Shown here piece after piece: positions 14,316 through 25,200 of a stretch of DNA of 64,000 bases. The notes under the pieces were generated by a model. That model was not told the origin of the DNA. It worked only from the letters and a program-made list of their open reading frames with translations, and did not search any database. A program made the translations under genes and the position numbers. The stretch is from Nitrospirales bacterium (GTDB lineage Bacteria; Nitrospirota; Nitrospiria; Nitrospirales; UBA8639): positions 1,984,001-2,048,000 of the forward strand of contig CBDBCZ010000018.1 in assembly GCA_965203295.1 (NCBI GenBank). The letters are read 5' to 3'. Within the stretch, counting starts at the first letter, position 1. Each line of letters starts with the position of its first letter.

Positions 14316-14322
14316 TGGCAAA

Positions 14323-14706
14323 CCAGTTCATATGGGAAAATTAAGCTGTAGACTACTTCTTATTACATTCAGTAGAGTTATTCTAAGGTAGCTGCATGTT
14401 CAAAATGTAATAAATTGTTCCCCTTTTTTGCAAAAACTACAAAAGTGACCCATAGCACTACACAAGTCCACGTACAAAGCACCAAGCCAGAGCAACTATA
14501 TAATGCAGAAATCACCCAAACACCAGCTCATGTGGGAAATACAAACTGTAGAATACTTCCTATTACATAGAGTAGAGTCAATCCAAGGTAATTGCACGTT
14601 AGTAATTAAACAAAGTGTTTCCTTTTCCGCAAAAGCTACAGAAGTGACTCATAGTACTACACATGTTTCCATAGTAAGCACCAAACTAGAGCAAGCATAT
14701 AATGCA
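14323..14706 (+). repeat. Diverged ~199-bp tandem duplication
   Basis: ACCAGTTCATATGGGAAA... (14323) and ACCAGCTCATGTGGGAAA... (14522) stay alignable to TATAATGCA. Confidence 0.75.
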
Positions 14707-14974
14707 ATCTCTGGTTTTGGTAGTTACATGCACTTGCTAGTTAATAGAAATATTATATATTATATCTATTGTTATTCGGAGCAACTGGAATCAAGATAGC
14801 CAGGATCATAAGGCAACGTTACATGTATTTTATTACGATGTATATTCTGACTTGTAGTACTATAATTACACGCATTCCTGCAATTTTTCTTTACGAGTAA
14901 TTACTAAACTTATGCAAGACAATTATGAGGAATCTGACAAACGTTTTGCAAGGTTCTTACACCAGATCTTGCAG

Positions 14975-14995
14975 TAGTCTCGATACGCGAGGCTA
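14975..14995. mobile_element. 21-bp micro-MITE or internal-deletion remnant with perfect 9-bp TSD
   Basis: ATCTTGCAG [TAGTCTCG ATACG CGAGGCTA] ATCTTGCAG; TSDs at 14966-14974 and 14996-15004. Confidence 0.8.
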
Positions 14996-15467
14996 ATCTT
15001 GCAGGACTTCCCTATGAGCCTAGCAAGAATTCACACAAGATTTTAATGCCTACCATCTTGCAAGATTTTTGTTGCAAGATGAGAAATCTTGCTAGGGTAG
15101 AATGCCTACTGTCATAGTTCTCATGCAGCTACAACATATAGCTCACCAGGCCTGGCAGAATTTTTCCAGCACTGTCTCTGGCATTCGACATAGGCAAATT
15201 ATGGGCGCACTCCCACTTTTCAGACATCGCAGCTGTGGTTGAAAGGTAGATATAAGCGCAGTCTGGCGTAGCTAGCTCTTCGCGAGCTCCATGTAGTTCC
15301 GAGTTCTCGCAGCAGCGCTCAGCGTTACGCGCCGCGCACGAAGTCACATGTGGCGCATATGCGCTTGTAGTTAATCCCAGCATAGCTACAATAACCAATG
15401 GTTATGCATGGTTATTGCATTTATGATCTCAGCCCCGCCCACTAAGCGCATATAGAATCTGGCGCCG

Positions 15468-15583
15468 GTGTAAGCGCGATTTGGGGACCCCCGCGATATG
15501 GGGACCCCGTCCCAAAAACGCTAGCGATGTGAGTACCCCCACGGGCCCTATTTCGCTAGCGGTACGGGGATCCCGTACCGCTA
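15468..15583. mobile_element. GC-rich terminal fragment of a probable DNA transposon (GGGGACCCC motifs, terminal 12-bp-stem hairpin)
   Basis: Repeated GGGGACCCC and GCTAGCG motifs; perfect hairpin TAGCGGTACGGG-GAT-CCCGTACCGCTA at 15557-15583. The partner end was not found. Confidence 0.45.
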
Positions 15584-15741
15584 TGTATGTACAATTCTCA
15601 TTCTGTTATCAGCATCTCAGCTAGAGTTGCCAAACTACAGATCACCTGTTAGTAAAGTAATTGCTCAGGTTCTCTTTTTGGCACTTGGTTGTGAAGTTGT
15701 TAAGAATAGCAAAGGCATGTCACTGATACCTGTCTTCCTCA

Positions 15742-15780
15742 TAGTCTCGCGAGCCAGCGAGGGGCTGGCTCACGAGACTA
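15742..15780. mobile_element. 39-bp palindromic micro-MITE
   Basis: 17-bp arms TAGTCTCGCGAGCCAGC / GCTGGCTCACGAGACTA (1 mismatch); flanks TCTTCCTCA / TCTTCCTAT (7/9). Confidence 0.75.
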
Positions 15781-16181
15781 TCTTCCTATACTAGTACTAA
15801 TACTATGAACCAGATTCCTTAACCAGCATTAGATAGCAGTTATTGCTATGTTGATAGAAGGGCTTCCAAAGATCTAGGTTCCATGCTCTAAAGGAAAATT
15901 ATTTACAAGCATAGACAGTAGAGTACTATAACCCATCATAACCAAGCAGTCTAAACGATAAGCCAGGTAGCATTTATATATTGATCGGAGTTCTCTTTCC
16001 ACCAACCATGAATTTGGCGTCTCAAAACTTTCATTGTCAAAGGAATGCTGACTTTTTAACTGCTGTGCTGCTGTCTTCATCAGGGCAGACATCAATACAG
16101 TAGCTACAGGCCAAACCAAAAGCAAAGAATTCAAAGTCTTCGGGATTAGTCTAGCCTACTCAGCTCCTAGAAGGGAAGCCC

Positions 16182-16245
16182 TAGCCTCATACCTAGGCCT
16201 TCCCTGCACTCGCGAAAGTGCGGGGAAGGCCTGGGTACAAGGCTA
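16182..16245. mobile_element. 64-bp palindromic micro-MITE
   Basis: TAGCCTCATACCTAGGCCTTCCCTGCACT-CGCGAA-AGTGCGGGGAAGGCCTGGGTACAAGGCTA; flanks GGGAAGCCC / GTTATGCCC (degraded 9-mer). Confidence 0.7.
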
Positions 16246-16355
16246 GTTATGCCCAGTATTCTTATTTATTCCCAAATAGATTTGGTATTCAGAAACAGGA
16301 GTACCTTTTCCTTCTCTTCAACTGTGAACTGGATGGTGGGATGTATACCATTGAG

Positions 16356-16453
16356 TAGTCTCGGTACCAGCCCACCTATCAAGTCGGAGATCGCTTACAG
16401 TATCCCGCCACTAAGCGATCTCCGACTTGATAGGTGGGCTGGTACCGAGACTA
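16356..16453. mobile_element. 98-bp palindromic MITE with perfect 42-bp TIRs and 9-bp TSD
   Basis: TIR TAGTCTCGGTACCAGCCCACCTATCAAGTCGGAGATCGCTTA, 14-nt spacer, TSD ACCATTGAG at 16347-16355 and 16454-16462. Confidence 0.93.
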
Positions 16454-18518
16454 ACCATTGAGATGGTAGTAAATGTTTTGTAGCATTATAGCACACTGAA
16501 TAATAAAAGTTTGAAAGAAATCATTTAAAAATGAAAGAGCATGTAGGGATGGAATCGCAAAAAAGTAACCAAACAAGGTAGCAATGACACAACAGAGCAT
16601 GATTCTACACCCCCATCCCTAACCCTGCATGAATGCAATTAGTGCCTGGCATGCCCGTATTTTACTTCTGAACTCTTGTGTCCAAGTGACAGGTAACAAC
16701 ATACATAGAAAGCATTCACATACAGCATTCAACTACAGCAATAAAAGAACATAGGTAAAACAATATCACTTATCAGATGATAAAGGCACATGTATCTGAC
16801 ATGTTCATTTCACTTCCAACCTACACAGAAATAATCAAATGTGTTACTATATATACACAATATGTTATAGCTAAACCATCCCCTAGACACTTTTACCAGT
16901 AATCAGGAGACTGTTCCAGGTAAACCAGCAATACATGAGACACTTTTAGTAATGGTCCCAAGGCTCATGGCATGAGTTACAAGAATGTTCTAAGTTACAA
17001 TGAATGTACATATTGCTACACTAGACGAAGTTAAGTGTTTCAGCAAATTACAAATTCTGTCCATAGTGGCTATCTTGCCATAATACATGTCTGTACTATT
17101 TTCCGACCATAAGCAACACTTAATTCTACTCATGTGACCTTCAACAGATCAGAAGTCTCAAAATCGATCATATGAGTGTGCATTAAATTGCTTAATTCAC
17201 ACATACGTAGTAGCTAATGTAGTATGGTTTGTACACTCTCCCAGAAGCTTCTGAAATAGTTTTCCACAAAAAAAGAAACTAAATATAGCTGTCCTGGGCA
17301 AAGTCCACGACAACTATAACTTAGTACCAGCTGGGGTGCACTTCATGTTTATCTGGGTGGTAAAAACTACAAATAGTGCTCCCAGAATAGATCGGTTTAA
17401 TATTATATACACAAACATAGCACAACCTACCAACTAGCATAAGTCTTTCAGACTCAAGTAGTTCCGGGGAATCTTTCAGCCTGCATGTACATGTAGATGA
17501 ACGGCACTGACTTTATTTTATGCACGTCTAGCATAGCAGTTACAGCTGTGCACGGTTTACACTTACAGTATCGTGCAATCATGGTTTATTAGTGGACGTC
17601 ACATCCGTTACACACGCACAGGCGCACACAGAACCAAATGTAAAGTATAGATGCATACCTCATTCTGGAGCTACTGTGCTACACTGACCGTATTCTCTGT
17701 AGCCATCTATAGTTTGCTTCTTATATGACATAATTTAGACACACTTCCAAGTTAAAATTCCCACTATCAGATTGTGTACATGTTGTCATTAAATAAGTTA
17801 CCTTCGCAGAAGTGAAATGCTGTTTTCATTTACTGCTTCTCCATCAGATAACACAGATGACGTGATTGTAATGTCAGAGGCAGAAGAATGAATGGCTGTG
17901 CACGACTCCTACAGTGGGAATCAATAGTTGTACACTGCACTACTATGTATTCCAGCAACCCCAGCAAGCTTCCTCTGTAATTACTACTACATGGTGATCT
18001 TTATCAAGGCAGTTACTACAAAAGCACTATTGTGTATCAACTGCCTGATGTACAGGCACCCCAAAATCAGAGCAACAATCTAGGATAAAAAGGTGTAATT
18101 TCTTACCCTAATATGCAATGTTTGCAGGAAGAACTTAAGACTAGAAAAAACTAAGCACACGATATGTAATTCTAGATAACATGCAGATTAAGCTAAAAAC
18201 ATTATATTATACCTACCATATGAGGTGCACTGATAGTTGCATGATAACCTAATGAAAAAAAACATAAGCATTATGAACAAAGCATTATTGAAGCATCATA
18301 GACTATTGTTGTTAACAAGCTGAATATTCTGATCAGGCTCTTCCCCTGTTACATGAAGGCTGGCCAGTAACAAACTGCACAGTTGCCAGGCAGTTAAGGT
18401 ACCAAGAACACTCAACTCTGCAACACCGTGGTGAAATACTACCCTTTCACTTGGCAACTCTACATTCCTGTGAACTCATTAATTCAGCGCTGTTTCATCG
18501 TTACAGTGCACCCGAGGC

Positions 18519-18996
18519 TACAGGAAAGCACCTGCACCTAGCTGTTACAATGTATTCATTTATATGCACAGGTGCTTTCACCAATATTTTTCATAGGCTC
18601 CTGCTTCAAATGGGAGAATCAAAGTCGTAACTCTATCTACTGAGTTAGAGATACAATTATTTCGCTGGTATCTAGTCTTGTTGCCATGCAGTCACCGTTG
18701 TGTAGCTTTTAATACATGCATGTGTAGTGTACTTTCATCTGTTCATGCAACAAGATACAGGAAAGCACCTGCACCTAGCTGTTACAATGTATTCATTTAT
18801 ATGCACAGGTGCTTTCACCAATATTTTTCATAGGCTCCTGCTTCAAATGGGAGAATCAAAGTCGTAACTCTATCTACTGAGTTAGAGATACAATTATTTC
18901 GCTGGTATCTAGTCTTGTTGCCATGCAGTCACCGTTGTGTAGCTTTTAATACATGCATGTGTAGTGTACTTTCATCTGTTCATGCAACAAGATACA
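18519..18996 (+). repeat. 237-bp apparently perfect tandem duplication
   Basis: TACAGGAAAGCACC...GCAACAAGA starts at 18519 and 18756; no differences seen by eye. Confidence 0.93.
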
Positions 18997-19110
18997 TGTA
19001 GATATCTGCAGTCACATTTTATGTTAAACATCCAAGGCTTTGTTTAGCAACCGGTCACTTAATACATCTGTAGAACACATCAGCGTTGCAAGACTGTTTC
19101 ATCCTATATA

Positions 19111-19568
19111 CCGTATAGCCGGAAAATTTGGTGAGGACTTTAATTTGGCGGTTTGGCGAATCGTAAAAAATCACTAAATTAAATTCTCGCCAAATTAAAT
19201 TCTAACGCATTATGTAATACATAACACCCACGCGCGCATGCAGCTACAAGAAAGAAGGTTCCCACTCCACGTACATGTTTCCCCTCGTCCGGGAAGGATA
19301 TCAAACTCGCTAACAAAGCTGTAAAGCGCTCTCTATCTGGAAACTCGAAGCATGTCACAGTCATCTCGAGGCAAGTATAACACTAGTCTTACACGCCAGA
19401 AGGGCACAAATTGGAAAGTATGCCGCTGACAACAGAGCGACAAAGGCCGCTACACTCTTTTCGAAGCTTTTGGATAGTAAGATCAGTGAGCCCAATGCCT
19501 CCATTCTCGATTTCAGTGACAAAAACTTTACATTTTCAGCAGCGTTGCCAAATTTTCCGGCTATAAGG
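19111..19568 (+). mobile_element. Internally deleted Tc1/mariner-superfamily (pogo-like) element
   Basis: 21-bp TIRs CC(G/T)TATAGCCGGAAAATTTGG flanked by TA on both sides. The frameshifted interior reads ...RGKYN..YTPE.RAQIGKYAADNRATKAATLFSKLLDSKISE, resembling the N-terminal DNA-binding region of invertebrate pogo-like transposases. Confidence 0.8.
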
Positions 19569-20196
19569 TAAGTAACTAAAACATATAACTGCACAAACTC
19601 ACAGCGGATTTCTAGCAAAACCTAATTACCAGAACTGCTACATACATTGTACCTATCATTCTCTTTGAGTCTACACAACACAAATTTAAGCATGCAAACC
19701 TCCGGTAGCTTTTGTTGGGCTACATGCAGGATATACACACAAGCTGCAAAGCAACAGACTACATTTGCATAGTTATAGTCACTTGAAAGGCATCACCACA
19801 GTGTACAAACCCCATGTACTTGGGCTGGTGCATTTCAAGCCAGGGTCCATATATACACTACCCTAGGGTGCATGAGGGTTGCTGGGCAATTGTGATCTCA
19901 AAACTGTGAAACAATTAGCAGGTACTATAAAAGCTACTATGGCACAAAGTCATCTCTACCTTGGGTCTCTAAGGTGTATAGGATTTGTACCCTCATGCAG
20001 TTGTGAGTCTTCTCTGGGCCTTCCCCCTAAAAAGACACAACTGCCCTTGGGTACAAATCCCCTACACCTAGAAACCCAAATGCAAAACTGCAGACATACA
20101 GATAGGCACAGAGACCACCTGGCAGATCATCTATTCCCAGTCTGTGTAGTTTGGAAAAACCTTTCATATTACGGAACTGTAATGGTGAGAACTAAC

Positions 20197-20301
20197 CTAT
20201 TGATTGAGGAGAATCGTAGTATGGACTATGGGGACAGTAGTTCTTGCGATCTACAGCCTTCATACTTGCTTCTACTCTGGGACTTTGAATGATGTGTTGT
20301 T
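20197..20301 (-). pseudogene. PCMT1: Orphan exon of protein-L-isoaspartate O-methyltransferase
   Basis: 105-nt exon with TAG acceptor and GTTAGT donor. It encodes QHIIQSPRVEASMKAVDRKNYCPHSPYYDSPQSI(G), colinear with recalled human [35 protein letters not shown]. No neighbouring exons recognised. Confidence 0.85.
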
Positions 20302-20733
20302 CTAGCCGGTACAGAAAAACATGTTCGAATGTAATATACATGTTCTGAAAGTATTGCTTACACATGTTAATTAGCTTTATACACAATGGGCCACTTTTGA
20401 AGTCATATATTGGCGGCTCATGAACCATTTTCACCCCATCAGAATCCTCTTAGCACAGAATCCTTGGGCACTAGCTGCCTTTGTACATAGAGTACAACGC
20501 ATGTACATGTATACCCACCACTTGTAATGCATATGAACATTTCTCAATTCTTAAAGAAAACTGTTATAAAATAATCATACAACAACACATTTTTAAGTGA
20601 ATCCTATAGAGTGCTACTACTGTAACTATGAGAATGTATGTGGACTCCAAAGTTGGGTTCTCCACAGGAAGCTGATGACTGAGCAAAAGTTACCTCAGGA
20701 TATACTGATCCAGAACTGATTCTACTGTAGTGC

Positions 20734-20787
20734 TAGTCTCATTCCCAGGCCTCCACACAGCTTTTGTCGCTTGCAGTAACGAGGCTA
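20734..20787. mobile_element. 54-bp micro-MITE, right arm internally deleted
   Basis: TAGTCTCATTCCCAGG...AACGAGGCTA; TSD CTGTAGTGC / CTGCAGTGC (8/9). Confidence 0.75.
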
Positions 20788-21329
20788 CTGCAGTGCAACT
20801 AATACTAATGTGCCTATTACATGTACATATTGATAACCAACTGCTACACAAGCTTTGGTCCCCCATCCCGGACCAAATCCATCAGGAGCAGTATAAAACA
20901 AATCGGTACCGCCAAAAAAGAAATAGTCCCTCTTGATTAGCATTAGGGAGCCATTCCTTTCAGCTGTGTGTACAAGAAATGGTGCCAAATGTATCACTGC
21001 AATCACCTCTATCCACAAGCAGGAAGTCCTTGAAATTAGGATAACATACCTTTCTGTTTTTCTCAACTTTGTATGTAGTGCAGCTCTAGCTATCTTTTAG
21101 AACTTTTTGGACAATGCGCTGCAGCCCTCTTGATAGAAATTTGTAAACTACATATACTTGCCCTACCAGCTCACATTCATTTGTTGCTGTCTTTCCCATT
21201 CCATTTCAGCAAATTTCACTCGTAGCGAGGCTTGGTTGCATAGTGCCATTGGCTTATAAGGGAAATCATGACAGGAACAGAGTGATCATCCTACTAGGAA
21301 GGGGGACCGAATTACGCATTTCTAGACCA

Positions 21330-21700
21330 CTACCTCAAAGCCTCATCTACTATCTCAGTAATCTTCAGTACCTCTACACAGTTTCACTTCCCACTCAGTG
21401 CCTAGTAGTAATCTAGGATACACTTCTCATCCTCTTGACTCTATATACACAACAACCGCTTAAGTTTGCACCTATTCCTCCTGCCTTTCAAAAATTCTAC
21501 CCCTATAACTTCCTTTATTGTTTCATTGTATATTTAATTTAATTTTTAGAAGAGCAGCCAAGTATCTTTTAGCTGCTCCTACGTAGCTGAATAGATTCTA
21601 AAGAAGCTGCCTCCATATTACAAGCTCACACTTCACTACCATCCTCTAAAGTGGGGCAAAGTACCAAAATTAAGGTAGGAAGAGCCTCACCTGGAATCCA
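21330..21700 (-). pseudogene. LINE ORF2 C-terminal fragment, heavily degraded
   Basis: Minus strand pieces LCPTLEDGSEV*ACN..AASLESIQL..AKRILGCSSK and FLKGRRNRCKLK..YPRLLLGTEWEVK resemble post-RT LINE sequence. Confidence 0.55.
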
Positions 21701-22199
21701 CAATTCAAATGGACGGCTTTGTTGATAACATGAAAGTCTACCTCGAATTGACAAAAATTTTACATCTAACCACACCCCCTGCTAAATAATCCACAAAAAC
21801 GCAATTTCGGGTTGCTTTAAAATACGAGAAATTTTGGAATCTGCTAGAGCCCCACCCACAGTCTGGCAACAACACCAGTACCTACAGAGGACAGGCTACA
21901 AACGTAGGGATGCTTTTTCACAGGAATGCTTCAAAGCCAGTTTTACAGCCCTGAACGCATCCAACCACCCCAAAACCCTCATTTTCGCTATCCTGACTTT
22001 CAAAAAAAAATCGGCAACCGCCCACGCTCACCCGACGAATTCGAGCCCTGCATTACAAACTTCAACCTACTCCCACAAAAATTAGGAATGCGATTTTTCA
22101 TTCACCCCTCGGTTTCTGAGAACCACCCACCAAAGCTCTCCCTATAAATCTCCACAGATTTTCACACAACTAGCTATTCGAGCTAATTTAAAAAAAATG

Positions 22200-22283
22200 G
22201 GCGGGGCCTACAGACCCGAAAGGTGACTATTCTAGCCTACCTGAGATGGGCAACAACCTGCCACTATCCGTCTGTCTGTCTGT
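22200..22283 (+). other. Helitron/Helentron-like junction: small hairpin, CTAG, then (GTCY)n abutting the satellite
   Basis: ACC-CGAAA-GGT (22214-22224), CTAG (22232-22235), weak GCCTA..TGGGC stem, then TCCGTCTGTCTGTCTGT (22267-22283) fused to the first satellite base. Confidence 0.4.
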
Positions 22284-25200
22284 AGTTACTTTGGCTTAAA
22301 GTCTTTGCTAGAGACCAACAAAACTAACAATTTTCAATAAAATCCTTCTTTCCTAATCTTCAGACTAATATCATTCAAACTAAACAAGCCTTTGAATAAC
22401 CAGTTCTCTTCCTAAACAGTTAGGAAGGGTCAGATCAATGGTAGCTAGTTACTTTGGCTGAAAGTCTTTGACTGAGACCAACAAAACTAACAATTTTCAA
22501 TAAATCCTTCTTTCCTAATCATCAGACTAACATCAACCAAACTAAACAAGCCTTTGAATAACCAGTTCCTTTCTTGAACATCGACACTTCCTAAACATGT
22601 ATTGTATCCGACTAACATCATTAAAACTAATCAACCCTTTAAATAACCAGTTCCTTTCTTGAAGAGCGATACTTCCTAAGCATGTATTGTATCTGACTAA
22701 CATCATTCAAACTAAACAAGCCTTTGAATAACCAGTTCTTTTCCTAAACAGTTGGGAAGGGTCAGATCAATGGTAGCCAGTTACTTCGGCTGAAAGTCTT
22801 TTCCTGAGACCAACAAAACTAACAATTTTCAATAAAATCCTTCTTTCCTAATCTTCAGACTAACATCAACAAAACTAAACAAGCTTTTGAATAACCAGTT
22901 CCTTTCTTAAACATCTACACTTCCTAAACATGTATTGTATCCGACTAACATCATTAAAACTAATCAAGCCTTTGAATAACCAGTTCTTTTCCTAAACAGT
23001 TGGGAAGGGTCAGATCAATGGTAGCCAGTTACTTTGGCTGAAAGTCTTTGCCTGAGACCAACAAAACTAATTATTTTCAATAAAATCCTACTTTCCTAAT
23101 CTTCAGGCTAACATCAACAAAACTAAACAGGCCTTTGAATAACCAGCTCTTTTTCTAAAAAGTTGGGAAGGGTCAGATAAATGGTAGCAAGTTACTTTGG
23201 CTTAAAGTCTTTGCTAGAGACAAAAAAACTAACAATTTTAAATAAAATCCTTCTTTCCTAATCAGCAAACTAACATCAACCAAACTAAACAAGCCTTTGA
23301 ATAACCAGTTCCTTTCTTGAAGATCGATACTTCCTAAGCATGTATTGTATCTGACTCACATCATTCAAACTAAAACAAGCCTTTGAATAACCAGTTCCTT
23401 TCTTGAACATTGATACTTCCTAAGCATGTATTGTATCTGACTAATATCATTCAAACAAAACAAGCCTTTGAATAACCAGCTTATTTTCTAATTAGTTCGG
23501 AAGGGTCAGATCAATGGTAACTAGTAACTTTGGCTTAAAGTCTTTGCTAGAGACCAACAAAACTAACAATTTTCAATAAAATCCTTCTTTCCTAATCTTC
23601 AGGCTAACATCAAATAAACTAAAAAGGCCTTTGAATAACCAGTTCTTTTCTAAACAGTTAGGAAGGGTCAGAAAAATGGTAGCTAGTTACTTTGGCTTAA
23701 AGTTTTTGTTAGAGACCAACAAAACTAACAATTTTCAAAAAAATCCTTCTTTCCTAATCTTAAGACTAACATCAACCAAACTAAACAAGCCTTTGAATAA
23801 CCAGTTCCTTTCTTGAACATCGATACTTCCTAAGCATGTATTGTATCTGACTAACATCATTCAAACTAAACAAGCCTTTGAATAACAAGTTCTTTTCCTA
23901 AACAGTTGGGAAGGGTCAGATCAATGGTAGCCAGTTACTTTGGCTGAAAGTCTTTGCCTGAGACCAAAAAAACTAACAATTTTCAATAAAATCCTTCTTT
24001 CCTAATCTTCAGACTAACATCAACCAAACTAAACAAGCCTTTGAATAACCAGTTCCTTTCTTGAACATTGATACTTCCTAAGCATGTATTGTATCTGACT
24101 AATATCATTCAAACAAAACAAGCCTTTGAATAACCAGCTCTTTTTCTAAATAGTTTGGAAGGATCAGATCAATGGTAGCCAGTTACTTTGGCTTAAAGTC
24201 TTTGCAAGAGACCAACAAAACTAACAATTATCAATAAAATCCTTCTTTCTTAATCTTCAGGCTAAAATCAACGAAACTTAACAGGCCTTTGAATAACCAG
24301 TTCTTTTTCTAAACAGTTGGGAAGGGTCAGATAAATGGTAGCTAGTTACTTTGGCTTAAAGTCTTTGCTAGAGACCAACAAAACTAACAATTTTCAATAA
24401 AATCCTACTTTCCTAATCTTCAGACTAACATCATTCAAACTAAACAAGCCTTTGAATAACCAGTTCTTTTCCTAAACAGTTAGGAAGGGTCAGATGAATG
24501 GTAGCTAGTTACTTTGGCTGAAAGTCTTTGCCTGAGACCAACAAAACTAACAATTTTCAATAAAATCCTTCTTTCCTAATCTTCAGACTAACATCAACCA
24601 AACTAAACAAGCCTTTGAATAACCAGTTCCTTTCTTGAACATCGACACTTCTTAAACATGTATTGTATTCGACTAACATCATTAAAACTAATCAAGCCTT
24701 TGAATAACCAGTTCTTTTCCTAAACAGTTGGGAAGGGTCAGATCAATGGTAGTTAGTTACTTTGGCTGAAAGTCTTTGCCTGAGACCAACAAAACTAACA
24801 ATTTTCAATAAAATCCTTCTTTCCTAATCTTCAGGCTAACATCAAATAAACTAAAAAGGCCTTTGAATAACCAGTTCTTTTCTAAACAGTTAGGAAGGGT
24901 CAGAAAAATGGTAGCTAGTTACTTTGGCTTAAAGTTTTTGTTAGAGACCAACAAAACTAACAATTTTCAATAAAATTCTTCTTTCCTAATCTTCAGAATA
25001 ACATCATTCAAACTAAACAAGACTTTGAATAACCAGTTCTTTTTCTAAACAGTTGGGAAGGGTCAGATAAATGGTAGCTAGTTACTTTGGCTGAAAGTCT
25101 TTGCCTGAGACCAACAAAACTAACAATTTTCAATAAAATCCTTCTTTCCTAATCTTCAGACTAACATCATTCAAACTAAACAAGCCTTCTTTGAATAACC

